The notes beneath the pieces were generated by a model that saw only the letters and a program-made list of their open reading frames with translations, had not been told where the DNA came from and searched no databases. From assembly GCF_006345805.1 (NCBI RefSeq), contig NC_043023.1, positions 14,198,001 to 14,262,000 on the forward strand: a DNA stretch of 64,000 bases. Direction: 5' to 3'. Below, piece after piece: positions 48,640-60,336 of this stretch (position 1 is the stretch's first letter; each line of letters opens with the position of its first letter). Source of the DNA: Octopus sinensis. Lineage: Eukaryota. The translations under genes and the position numbers were made by a program.

Positions 48640-49171
48640 CTTGAATCTGTTGGCGCAACTAACGGGGTGTGAACCGGATGCTGAGGATGTGCTCCAGCAG
48701 GGGGTACAGCCAGTGGAACCCCTTCCGCTGCCGTAGCAGTTGCTGCTGCCGCTGGTGCCGGTGCAGGGGCCACCACCGCTGCTGCTGCCGCTGTCCCTAG
48801 CGGAGCGGAGGTAGCAGCGGCTGGCGGCAAGGCCTGTGCAGCGGACTTCTGCATCTGCTGCGGCATACCGGGGAGTTGCGCACTTGGCTGCAGCTGGTTC
48901 ATCTTCAGTTGGGCCGGTTGTTGTTGTTGCTGCTGCAGTGGTTGTTGTTGTTCCTGCTGCTGTGATGGTGGTGGCTGTGGCTGCTGCTGTTGTTGCTGCT
49001 GCTGGGCTACTATCTGGTCCCGTTTCACCTTGGTGTAACCGGTCTGATTGTGGTAGTTGATGACCGCCTGACGTAGGAGGATGTTGCTGATCAGCTTGTC
49101 TGGGGAGACATCTATCTCGTGGCAAGACGGGCACTCGTGGTCCTCGCTGTCCAGGAGGGCATTGCGCACAC
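48640..49171 (-). CDS. RBBP6: RBBP6 exon 6 (second half of RING, poly-Gln/Ala)
   Basis: Acceptor catttgcag; donor AG|gtattt; 532 nt, phase 1-2; VRNALLDSEDHECPSCHEIDVSPDKLISNILLRQAVINYHNQTGY. Confidence 0.96.
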
Positions 49172-49199
49172 CTGCAAATGGGAGAAGACAAAGGCTTAG

Positions 49200-49930
49200 G
49201 GTTAGAGACTGAGAGAGAGGGGGAGAGAGAGAGAGAAGAGGGAGAATGGAGAAGAGAGAGAGAGAGAGAGAGAGAATGGAGAAGAGAGAGACATGGAGAA
49301 TAGAGAAAGACAGAGGGAAAGAGAGTCAGATAGAGAAGGGGAAAGAAAGACAGATGGGGAAGAGAGAGGGAGAGAAAGAAAAGGGAGAGAGATGAGAAAT
49401 AGAGACAGAATAGGGAAGAGAGAGATGAGGACAGAGATAGGAAAAGAGAGAGAGAGAGAGAGAGAGATAAGGGAAAGAGGAGAGAGAGATGGGGAAAGTG
49501 AGAGGACATTGGATGAAGAGAGACATGGATAGTGATGGGAAAAGAGGAAAAATAGAGAATAGAGAAAAATAGGCAAAGAGAGAGAGAGATGAACAGAGAA
49601 TGAAGAGAGAGGCAGAGATAGAGAGTAAGACACAGAGAGAGAGAGAGAGAGAGAAACACACACAGATGGTGAGAGATTGGAAGAGAGAGAAACAGACAGA
49701 AATAGGGAAAAGAGAGAGACAGACAGAGATGAGGGAAAGAGAGAGACAGAGATGGGGACAAAGAGAGACAGATAGAAAGAGAGTAAGACTGGCAGAGAGA
49801 GAGAGAGAGAAAGAGAGAAACACACACAGATGGTGAGAGATGGGAAGAAAGAGATACAGAGATGGGGAGAGAGAGAGAGAGAGAGAGAGATGGAGACACA
49901 CACACACACAAACAGAGATGGTAAGAGAGG
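49200..49930. repeat. GA-rich low-complexity intron
   Basis: Direct inspection; makes the ORF-track ORF 48598-50196 read through. Confidence 0.9.
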
Positions 49931-49952
49931 TGAAAGATGGGAGGAAACTTAC

Positions 49953-50125
49953 ATTCGTCACAAAAGCTGTTACCACAGCATGGTATGACCACAGCATCGG
50001 TCAGCAATTCATTACAGAGAGGACAGAGGAGCTCACTAGGGGCAGATACAACGGCAGCAGTGGTCACTGGGGTCGGGTCAGGCAGGAATGGCGGGCGTTC
50101 CTTCTTGCCCATCTTGTAGGCCATT
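49953..50125 (-). CDS. RBBP6: RBBP6 exon 5 (first half of RING)
   Basis: Acceptor tctttcaacag; donor T|gtaagt; 173 nt; MAYKMGKKERPPF...LLCPLCNELLTDAVVIPCCGNSFCDE. Confidence 0.97.
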
Positions 50126-50454
50126 CTGTTGAAAGAGAGAAAAAAATGAGAAAGAAAATTAGGTGTAGCTCCAACACACAGGATGGGTGGTTGCACCCCT
50201 CTAAAAAAAGAGTTTTGAGTTCACAAATGGGGGTATTATCAAGAGGGAGCTATGGAGAAATGCACATAGAGTGTTTATTCAGTAAAATGACTGTCATTAT
50301 TAAGTTGGTCTTTGGAACATAAATTGACAAGAAATTTTGATGGAAAGTTTCAATTTAAATCACTTTAACTATTTGTTACCATATTCCTGCCTTTGTTTCA
50401 ATAAATTTTGGTAATAATGAAGAATTTAGTTAACATAACTGTTATTATTAAGCT

Positions 50455-50697
50455 GATGGCACGTAAAAAGCACCATCCGATCGTGGCCGTTTGCCAGCCT
50501 CGTCTGGCACCTGTGCCAGTGGCACATAAAAAGCACCTACTACACTCATGGAGTGGTTGGCGTTAGGAAGGGCATCCAGCTGTAGAAACTCTACCAGATC
50601 AGACTGGGCCTGGCGCAGCCTTCTGGCTTCCCAGACCTCAGTTGAACAGTCCAACCCATGCTAGCATGGAAAACGGACGTTAAACAATGATGATGAT
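50455..50697 (+). mobile_element. Family C (RTE-tail) copy
   Basis: Homology to family C. Confidence 0.8.
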
Positions 50698-50862
50698 ATT
50701 ATTAAGCTGAAGTTTGGAGCAGAAATTAACATAGAATTTTGATAGGTTTTAATTTAGATGACTTCAACCCTTTTGTTACCATATTTCTGTTGAAACACAC
50801 TGCCTTTGTTCTAATTAATTATGGAAATAATGAAGAATTTAGTAAAATAACTTTTGTTATTA

Positions 50863-51251
50863 CTAACCCTTTTCTTACCAACCCAGCTGCAGCCAAATGA
50901 AAAATTTTTTGCCTCCAACAACTAATCCAGCCAAAGCAAGGCAAACGAACCCATTGATATTTACATGTGAATCTCAGTGCAAATCTCATTAGTATTTCAA
51001 CAGAAATAGGGTAACAAAAGGGTTAACCCTTTTGTTACTGTATTTCTGTTGAGATGCTCTGTGTTTCTTTCAATTAATTTTAAATATAACAAAGAATTTA
51101 GTAAAATAACTTCGTTATCATTCAGCTAGTGTTAGGAACATAAATTGTGACAAAGGTTTGGTGGTAGATTTTAATTTAAAACTTATGTAAACAAGACATT
51201 CGTACTCAGAGCCAGAGCCGGCTTCAGCCGGGTTGGTTACGAAAGGGTTAA
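50863..51251. mobile_element. Two piggyBac-type MITEs sharing one TTAA at 51023-51026
   Basis: ...AAAAGGG TTAA CCCTTTT...; second element homologous to 24455-24680. Confidence 0.75.
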
Positions 51252-51402
51252 ACCAGGCATAATATTTTTATTTTCAATATGTCTTCAAAATATTCTTCGT
51301 TGCGATTAAAATACAAAATTGGACAATTTCATTACCTGGGAGCAGACACAGACACACACTCTTATATAAAAGAATCCAGCCACCACAATAAAAAGTACTT
51401 AC

Positions 51403-51539
51403 GCATCAATAGTGGGCACAGCAAAGTGACCGGAATGGGTGAGCAGTGCACCTGGATGGTCAGGACTATCAACAACTGTGAGGAAACTCAGAGGAATTCC
51501 AGTACTCCTTTTAATCTTCATGTCTCCCATATTTGGTTC
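51403..51539 (-). CDS. RBBP6: RBBP6 exon 4
   Basis: Acceptor gtgctttcag; donor GC|gtaagt; 137 nt; EPNMGDMKIKRSTGIPLSFLTVVDSPDHPGALLTHSGHFAVPTID. Confidence 0.96.
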
Positions 51540-51926
51540 CTGAAAGCACAACGGTAACAGATCTCACATCTACCAAACTAATATTATCAGAACAGGTATC
51601 ACCACATCAACCACTTTGGAATTTAAACTCAGAATGTCAAGACAGACGAAATGCCACTAAGCATATCGCCTGGTGTGATAATGATTCGGCCAGCTTGCAA
51701 CCATAATAATAATAATAATAATAATAATGAGAATAATCCTTTCTACTAAATGCACAAGGCCTGAAATTTTGCAGGAGAGGACTACAATTGGGGTTGATGT
51801 AATCTACCCAGTTTTTCCTTGGTACTTAATTTATCAACCCCGTAAGGATGAAAGGCAAAGTCAACCTCGGTGGAATTTGAACTAAGAACATAACATCAAA
51901 TGATGATAATAATAATAATAATAATA

Positions 51927-52345
51927 AAACTAAGCAAATATAAAGATCTTGAAATAGAAATCAGCAAAATGTGGAACCTGAAGACTAAAACAATACCTGT
52001 TGTCATAGGTGCCCTGGGAATGATAGCAAAAGGGGCTGATCGCCACCTAGCTCAGATACCAGGAAACCCCAAAATGGCAGAAATTCAAAAGATAGTGCTC
52101 ATGGGAACTGCTCATATCCTACGCAAAATACTCTCTATGTAATCTCAAGGTTTAAAACAAACATAATTTTCGTTTTTTTTTGGGGGGGGGGTGACATTCA
52201 CTAGTACAACACCAAAAAAAACCCCCAAATATATGGCACACTAGGCATAACAACAACGTGAACTTCCAACCTGTTGTCTCTTGAAGTCTCTGGGTGAGAC
52301 TTGGAGCCAACTTGTACAAATATAAAGCAAAAGTCAAACATAGTA
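51927..52345 (+). mobile_element. R4/Dong-clade LINE 3' fragment inside a (TAA)n tract
   Basis: KLSKYKDLEIEISKMW...PVVIGALG...IQKIVLMGTAHILRKIL (C-terminus of the restriction-like endonuclease); (TAA)n on both sides. Confidence 0.85.
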
Positions 52346-52549
52346 TGATGATAATAATAATAATAATAAATAGCTCTGTTGCAGTACCAGACAGTGGCTC
52401 TCATGGCTTCTGATCTTAACTGATTGGAAGTGTTATCATGTACATTGTTTTGTCTTGGTATAAAAGATGTGCTACAGCAAATATTCTGCTCAATACCACA
52501 GATTTGCTTGTCAGTTGGTTGGTAAGCAAGCTGCTTACCACACAGCCAC

Positions 52550-52870
52550 TCCAGCACTTTGTCATCATGAAGAATCCAATTCTTTGCACTCCACAGATCT
52601 GGCCATTCTTGCCGAATGCATTCCCTCAAATGCTTCAAAAAACTGCAGTAGAACTATTAATTCACAGTCTGGCCCACCAAGGGTTGACTTCTGAATGTAC
52701 AACACCATGGATGATGAAAAAATTCAATGAGCATACTCTTGATTGAGCTCCAGTTCTTTTATATGCCTCGCAATTTGAAACATTGTGTACAACCCATTGC
52801 CTTGTTGCCATAAACTCGCCGAAACATGCTCAATGTCTCTGTAGCAGACTTCCCAAGTTTAACACAAAAT
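52550..52870 (-). mobile_element. Degenerate mariner transposase fragment
   Basis: FF..HGVVHSE....GQTV...LKHLRECIRQEWPDLW..KNWILHDD. Confidence 0.75.
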
Positions 52871-52991
52871 TTCACATTAGACGAATGAAATAACACAAAG
52901 CATTTTGCCCAGCATGCTAACAATTCTGCAAGCTTGCAGCCTTAACATTGAGGACAATATAAACAAACAAGAGGGTTGACAAAATACTTAC

Positions 52992-53094
52992 CCCTTTCAG
53001 GGAACAGGAGTAGATATAATGGCCCGGTTTACCACATTTGAAACATACATAACCAAGAGGTGGTGTACCTGACAAAGCCTTGCCCTTACTGTAA
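52992..53094 (-). CDS. RBBP6: RBBP6 exon 3 (CCHC zinc knuckle)
   Basis: Acceptor tatatttcag; donor GGG|gtaagt; 103 nt; YSKGKALSGTPPLGYVCFKCGKPGHYIYSCSLKG. Confidence 0.96.
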
Positions 53095-53177
53095 CTGAAA
53101 TATAAAAAAGAAAAAAAAACAAGAAATTATTGAATATAACATAAATCACAACCATTCGAAATTGAACCAATCCTATG

Positions 53178-53510
53178 ACCGGCACCCGGCAGTTGCCAGG
53201 ACCACTGGACTGACTCCTGTGCAGGTGGCAAGTGAAGAAACACCATTTCGACCCTGTACTTGAGGAGATCCATTGAGTCAAGTACACCAACATCAAAATC
53301 AATGGAAACTGCAGATGTGATCCCTGTGCCGGTGGCACGTAAAAAGCACCCACTACACTCACGGAGTGGTTGGTGTTAGGAAGGGCATCCAGCTGTAGAA
53401 ACATTGCCAGATAAGACTGGAGCAGCCCTCTGGCTTCCCAGATTCCCGGTCGAACCGTCCAACCCATGCTAGCATGGAAAGCGGACGTTAAACGATGATG
53501 ATGATGATCA
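53178..53510 (+). mobile_element. Family C (RTE-tail) copy
   Basis: Homology to family C. Confidence 0.75.
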
Positions 53511-53519
53511 CCATCATCA

Positions 53520-54000
53520 TCATTTAATGTCCGCTTTCCATGCTGGCAGGGGTTGGACAGTTTGAATAGAGCTGGCTAACGGGGAGGTGTCCAGGTTCCC
53601 AACTGTCCGTTGTGGCAGTTTCTACAGCTGGATGCCCTCTCTGGAGGTGAACCACTTAAGAGCGTGCTGGAAGCTTTTTATGTGCCACCATCGCTGGTGC
53701 AAGATCCTTCCTCACTACTTTGTCACACATCTTCCTAGGTCTACCCCTTCTACAGGTTCCCTCCACAAACAGAACTCGGCACTTCTTTACACAGCTGTCC
53801 TCATCCATACGCAGTCTTCTCTCTTCCTCACAACATCTGCTGCATCTTATACCCAGTTTTCTTCTTAAATCCTTTACACTATCATGAATGCACATTGACA
53901 TTACCCATCCAGTGGAGTATGCTAGCTTCATTTCTTTCGAGCCTTCGCAAGTCCTCTGTAGTCAAAGCTTATGTTTCACTGCTCTGTAGCATAGCTGTAT
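53520..54000 (-). mobile_element. Old RTE 3' fragment related to the 8-11 kb element
   Basis: RRKLGIR...MDEDSCVKKC...VEGTCRRGRPRK...VVRKDL. Confidence 0.75.
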
Positions 54001-54007
54001 TCTTTAA

Positions 54008-54217
54008 TTTGTTTCAGTCATTTGACTGTGGCCATGCTGGATCACCGCCTTTAGTCAAACAAGTTGACCCCAGGATTTATTCTTTGTTAGCCTAGTACTT
54101 ATTCTATCGGGCTTTTTTGCCGAACCGCTAAGTTACAGGGACATAAACACACCAGAATCGGTTGTCAGGTGATGTTGGGAAGACAAACACACACACACAC
54201 ACACACACATATATATG

Positions 54218-54277
<60 letters not shown>

Positions 54278-54437
54278 ACGGGCTTCTTTCAGTTTCTGTC
54301 TACCAAATCCACTCACAAGGCTTTGGTCAGCCCGTGGCTATAGTAGAAGACACTGGCCCAAGGTACCACGCAGTGGGACTGAACCTGGAACCATGTGGTT
54401 AGTAAGCAAGCTACTTACCACACAGCCACTCCTATAC
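54008..54437 (-). mobile_element. SINE family A
   Basis: Homology to family A. Confidence 0.85.
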
Positions 54438-54599
54438 CTATGTACACAAGCATAATATAATCTGCCTGTCACTCAGAGCAATTTAAATACTAAATGGATA
54501 ATACTTGATACAGGTTTGCTTTGGTCCGGTATCAAGTCAGACCCTACCAAAACATAGAGGTACAGATTAGTTAGTAGCGCAATACGACTTCAGAAAATG

Positions 54600-55130
54600 A
54601 AAACTTTTTGCAACTCCACCGGCCCTTCTCAGTTGTCAGTCTTATCTCATGACAATGCTAATGTAGCTACACTTATAGGCAAAACCTTACTCACTATACT
54701 TCAGAAGCATCTACCCCACAACATAAGTACTGTAAAATATTTAACAAAAGCACCATTAAAATTTCATACTCTACCACTCTGAACTTCCATCAGCTTCCCC
54801 CCCCCCATCTTTTAACACCATAAACTCAGTCAAACAAATTAACACATTCCCACCAAACCTTTTGACTGCATAAACACTAATAACTGTCCACTCAATGAAA
54901 GCTGTCTATCTAACAACATTGTCTAAACATGCATAAGTCAAACACTAACACGTCTAAAGTTTACAAAAGAATGACAACCAACACTTTTAAGACAAGACAC
55001 AATTCACACATTTATTCTTTTAGAGTATCCTGACAGGTCAAATCAAGCCACATTAGCAAAATATATCCATGTTTAAAAAGCAAAACCATAGCATACAACC
55101 TCAAATGCACATATGGTGTAAGTAGACATT
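54600..55130 (+). mobile_element. Degenerate Penelope-like element, C-terminal/GIY-YIG region
   Basis: Across frameshifts: NVATLIGKTLLTILQKH; HKYCKIFNKSTIKISYS; CINTNNCPLNESCLSNNIV; MTTNTFKTRHNSH. Confidence 0.72.
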
Positions 55131-55382
55131 AAAGAGATGATGATGAACGCACGTACACACTAAGGGATGGTATTATTTCAGGAGTGGGAGGCCAAAGAAT
55201 CAGCAAAGCTACCTTCTGGAAAGGTAGAGAGGAACGCAAAGGATATTTCTCTCAAGGAGGCTGGAATACTAGACTGATGAACTTGAGGAGATAAACGCGG
55301 TATTCATCTAGTGGAGAGGGCCAAGTGGTAACAATGGGAGGATGACAGGTGGTAGTGGTCATCATTGTAACATGGAACTTAC

Positions 55383-55468
55383 CTCAAAGGGTCAAAAAAC
55401 TTGGACTGTGCCAGCATTGCTTCAATCTTGTCATTCTCAGATGCATCGGCATTGGCGAGATCTGGTGT
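55383..55468 (-). CDS. RBBP6: RBBP6 exon 2 in window
   Basis: Acceptor ttacccccctctag; donor AG|gtaagt; 86 nt; TPDLANADASENDKIEAMLAQSKFFDPL. Confidence 0.95.
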
Positions 55469-56037
55469 CTAGAGGGGGTAAAATAAGTATCGGTGAGAGA
55501 GGCTGGCAGACATTGGAAACTGGTAGAAACAGAGATGTGGGGAAATTAACAATAAGAGAGAGACAGGGTAAGGATAAGAAGGGGAAAGTGTGATGGAGAA
55601 TGAGGTGAAAGAAAGATTAGAAAGGGGTTGTGGTGAGAGATAGGATACAGAGATGTGAGGAGAGATGATATGAGCGGTGGGGGAGGATTAGAGGTAGGGC
55701 TGTGGAAAGAGATGAGAGAGATTACAGGTGAGGGCATGGTGGAAGATGAGATGAGAGTAGAGGAGGGTGAGATTAGATGCAAGGGATGTGATGGGAGATG
55801 GAGAAATGAAAGGCAGAGTGTTGGAGGGAGATAAAGAGAGACAAAGAAACGAGAGATATTAAAGGTAGAGAGAAAGTCACAGAGAGAGGAAGAAGAGATT
55901 GGAAAAGGGACGGACAGAGTGGAGTGGGGTAGAAGGACAAAGGTATTGGGAGAAGGAATGGAGAGTGGGAGGGACAGGTAGGGAGTTTATAGGGAAGAAG
56001 ACAAAGAGGAAGTAGAGAAAAAGAATTTATAATTTAT

Positions 56038-56082
56038 TTCTACTGATGAAACTGCAGTTAACAATTGAAACACAGTCTGGGG
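56038..56082 (+). ncRNA. Minimal hammerhead motif with a canonical core and weak stems
   Basis: UUCUA-CUGAUGA-AACUG caguuaa CAAUU-GAAA-C ACA GUC-UGGGG. Confidence 0.45.
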
Positions 56083-56249
56083 CTAATTAATATTGTAATT
56101 AGTGTTAATAATCATACTTCTTAGTGTCTGTGTACATATATCTATACATATAAACATAAACATATACACCCACACAGACACTTGTGTGTGTGTGTGTGTG
56201 TATATATATTCTGCATGTGTTCGTGTATATATGCTTGTGTATATCCTAC

Positions 56250-56288
56250 CTGACTGAGGCGGTCGTGCATGAAGTCTTGGTTGTTTGG
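56250..56288 (-). CDS. RBBP6: RBBP6 exon 1 in window (39-nt linker exon)
   Basis: Acceptor ttttatctcccacag; donor CAG|gtagga; phase 0-0; PNNQDFMHDRLSQ, in frame with the next exon. Confidence 0.78.
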
Positions 56289-56739
56289 CTGTGGGAGATA
56301 AAAGCATAAATAGAATATTATTACAACTACTATTATTATTATCATTATTATTATTACTAATATTATATGCTCACTGCTAACGGATTCATAGAACATTCAA
56401 CAGTTTCTAAAATGCTTATATTCGATGCTTATTACAAAGAGAGCAAAATGAACAAGAGGCAGTAACATCAAAGGTGTGTATAATTATGGTGATGGTTTCA
56501 AAAATGTCACAAAAGTCAGTGAAGAAGCAGTTGCGCAGATCAAACCAGTACAGGTTAGGATAGGGTTTAATGTTATCGTCCCCAGCGAGATTTGAACTTG
56601 GAGAATAGTCACCTGTAACTAAATACCACACAGTGATTATTGAGGTTCATTCATTTATTGCTTAATTAATAATCAATAATAATAATAATGATGATGATGA
56701 TGATGATAGAAAAATTTTCACAAATACAGGACCACAAAC

Positions 56740-57743
56740 CTTTTATCAACCCCAGAAGGATGAAAGGCTAAGTTGAGTTTTGGTCTTCTATAATAATTCC
56801 ATTCACATCTCGAATGTTTTATAGAAATATCAAATCTACTCCAGTATACCACTGGTACTTTATTTTATCAACACAAGAACGATGAAAGGTGAAATTAGTT
56901 TTAGTCTTTTATTATAATTCCATTCACATCTAGGATGTTTTATAGGAATATTAAACCTACCCCCAGTATTTCACTGGTACTTTATTTCAACCCCACAATG
57001 ACGAAAGGTAAAGTTAGTGTTAGTCTTCTATTATAATTCCATTCACATCTAGGATGTTTTATAGGAATATTAAATCTACCCCCAGTATTTCACTGGTACT
57101 TTATTTCATCAACCCCACAATGACGAAAGGTAAAGTTAGTGTTAGTCTTCTATTATAATTCCATTGACATCTAGGATGTTTTATAGGAATATTAAATCTA
57201 CCCCAGTATTTCACTGTTTCTTTATTTTATCAACCTCAGAAGAATGAAAGGTAAAATTAGTCTTCTATTAAAATTCCATTCACATGTAGAATATCAAATC
57301 TACCCCAGTATTTAACTGCTACTTAATTTTATTAACCCCACAAAGATGAAAGGCAAAGTTAGTGTTAGTCTTCTATTATAATTCCCTTGACATCTAGAAT
57401 ATCAAATCTACCCCAGTATTTCACTGCTACTTTATTTTATTAACCCCCAGAACGATGAAAGGTAAAGTTAGTGTTAGTCTTCTATTATAATTCCATTCAC
57501 ATCTAAAATATTTAACAGAAATATTAAATCTACCCCAGTATTTCACTCTTATTTTATCAACCCCATAAGGATGATATAACAATTCTATAACACCCAGGAT
57601 GTTTTATAGGAATACTAAACCTACTCCCAGTATTTCACTGGTACTTTATTACATCAACCCCACAAGGACTAAAAGTAAAGTTAGTGTTAGTCTTCTATTA
57701 TGATTCCATTGACATCTCGGTTGATTTATAGGAATATTAAACC
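56740..57743. repeat. Tandem repeat, 100-125-bp unit, about 9 copies, partly derived from SINE B
   Basis: cagtatttcactggtactttattttatcaacccc..gatgaaagg.aaagtt resembles the SINE B core. Confidence 0.85.
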
Positions 57744-57744
57744 A

Positions 57745-58013
57745 TGGTAGTAGTAGGATTCACAGAAGCTTCGTGGGAATATTGAATTCACAAGCGGTCC
57801 CCAACATCCCGCATGCATATCCCGAGTGAATGGGACGCCCTGTTTGCCGTGGAGTCTCCACAGACGCAGGGACAGAACGACCTCGAAGCCGCTGGTTACT
57901 GATCAGACGCCTCTTGGAATTTTTTTTTCTTTTTCGTGATGCCGTTAGGACCAGAGAAGAAGCCGGCTCAACCCGCCCTGGGTGAATGCCATCACAAGTA
58001 CAAGTAAGTAAGT
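57745..58013 (+). mobile_element. Short retroposed insertion (probable LINE 3' end) with 12-bp TSD and (AAGT)n tail
   Basis: AATATTAAACCA at 57733-57744 and 58014-58025; remnant frame RPRSRWL...DAVRTREEAGSTRPG*. Confidence 0.7.
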
Positions 58014-58089
58014 AATATTAAACCAACCCGAGTATTTAACTCATACTTTAATTTGTCAAGCCTTAATGAAGTCAGACCCCTTTGTGTCC

Positions 58090-58319
58090 TTAACCCTTTC
58101 GTTACCAACCCGGCTGAAACCGGCTCTGGCTCTGTAGTACAAATGTCTTGTTTTCATAAATTTTGAATTAAAATCTCCCACCAAACCTTAGTCACAATTT
58201 ATGTTCCTAACACGAGCTTAATGATAACTAAGTTATTTTACTAAATTCTTTGTTATATTTAAAATTAATTGAGGGAATCACAGAGCATCTCAAAATAAAT
58301 ACAGTAACGAAAGGGTTAA
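58090..58319. mobile_element. piggyBac-type MITE
   Basis: TTAA|CCCTTTCGTTAC...GTAACGAAAGGG|TTAA. Confidence 0.85.
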
Positions 58320-58761
58320 TGGGATGACAGAGCAAATTACAAAAAGTCACTTTGGCACTGTAACATTACTCCACCACATCAAAACAGCAACAATTACAAT
58401 AATGATGATAATAATAATCAATAACATATAATAATAATAATAAACAGGATTTCAAATGGGATGCTGACCTTAAAAATAAAAAGTGAAAATGCATCAGAAT
58501 GAGGTGATTTATACACAAAACACAGAAAAGAGACCTACATACATATATATATATATCTATATATATAGAAAGATAGATAGATAGATAGATGGATGAGAGA
58601 GAGAAATAGACAGACAGACAGAGTGTAGGACAGATTCAAAGACAAAAAGATAGCTTTTCCTTTAGAAGCTGAATTTTTTTTCTTTAATTTTGACAGCAAA
58701 GTTCAACGGAAAATATACAGAGAGGAAGATAGACCAGAGATAGATAGATAGATAGATATAT

Positions 58762-58798
<37 letters not shown>

Positions 58799-59021
58799 CA
58801 GTGAATAAATAAGACAAACAATGGAAATTTTTTTTTTTCACTTCACAAAAAAAAAATTTATGTAAATTTTTACCACATTTTTACCAATATTTTCCGTTGT
58901 GTGGCATAACTTGAGGAATTTCTGAATACAGCTCATTCTTTTCGTCTCTGTGTCTTCGTCTTGTGTGAAAAGCGTAAAGATGGTCGTGGTGATAATGACG
59001 AAGTCAAGCAGCAGAGCTTAC

Positions 59022-59053
59022 AGCTGATGAAGTGGTTTTCCTTAAAATGACTG
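59022..59053 (-). CDS. Candidate small RBBP6 exon ending ...RKTTSSA (acceptor ambiguous)
   Basis: Phase-0 donor GCT|gtaagc; possible acceptors give 19, 29 or 32 nt; no homology support. Confidence 0.3.
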
Positions 59054-59232
59054 CTGAGCGAGGGACCATATGAAGGATGAGGTGGATGGACAGGTGGATA
59101 TTAGGTGGGTGTGTGCAGGTATGTATGTGTATATATATATATGCACATATAAGTAAATGTGTACCCTGGTTGTGTAAATATCATACAGAATGCATGTATT
59201 TGTGTATATATGTATTTTATTACATATGTATC

Positions 59233-59269
<37 letters not shown>

Positions 59270-59392
59270 TACATATACACAGAGATGTATATGTGTGAGA
59301 TATATAATGCATAATGTATGTACATAAAATATATCTATTTTATATACAATATATATGTATATATATATATATGTGTATATATGTATAATATA

Positions 59393-59428
<36 letters not shown>

Positions 59429-60029
59429 CATACACGCACACATATCTACAATATATATACATATAGAAGTATTTTATATGCTATATAAAATATACCGAGA
59501 AACAACATGTGTGACGTATGTGTGTATTATACAGCGTTTACATAAATATCTTCCTGGTTCCAATCACTGGACTGCAGCCACGCTGGAGCAACATCTCAAT
59601 GTTTATTTTCTTTAAATAAAATCAACCCCAATTCTTATTCCATTAGTTTCTATTTTGCTGCACTGCTAAGTCACAAAAACATAAGCACATACTAGGTGTG
59701 ACATATACATTTAGTCATTATTTAAAGGCAATAATTTATGTATCCATAAACTGGAACATTCTTATTTTGCAAAAATAATTGCAAATGTTGCATAATGACT
59801 CCGAATATTCTTTTGTTTTAGGATTAACCCATAATACTAAATGGTGTTCGTTTCCATTTTGCTTTCATCCAAAATGGAGATGAACACCATTCCTCCATGT
59901 GATTAGCTTGAAAAATTAAGATATTTTTCTTAACAGGAAACCAATGGTAGCCTTAACACACAGATTTTAGCAACCAATGCAGTGCTGAACACTTATTCTT
60001 GTTCTACACACACATACACACAAACCATG

Positions 60030-60336
60030 AGACTGTACCTAGAAAGTTACCCTCCCAGGCACAAGTACAGGCAAAGCTGTTTTATGGAAGACAAGCAGTC
60101 ACCCATGCATACCAGCCTCCCCTCTTCACGCCACTGATGTTATCCAAGGGAAAGGGAAAGGCTGATACAGCTTGGCACTTGTGATGTCGCAACTCATTTC
60201 TACGGCTGAGTGAACTGGAGGAACGTGAAATAAAGTGTCTTGCTCAAGAACACAACACACAGCTTGGTCTGGGATTTGAGCTCACAACCTCATGATCGTA
60301 GGCTCGACGCTCTAACCACTGAGCCATGCGCCTTCA
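60030..60336 (-). mobile_element. SINE family D
   Basis: Reverse-complement homologue of 46325-46630. Confidence 0.8.

Noticed and set aside
56416-56612. Exon-like ORF GDYSPSSNLAGDDNIKPYPNL with a good acceptor
   Set aside because: No donor in the phase 0 needed to join exon 56288; could only be a terminal or poison exon
58830-58940. MSCIQKF... on -, resembling the RBBP6 start MSCVHYKF
   Set aside because: Similarity ends after a few residues, stops after about 32 codons, and has no DWNN motifs
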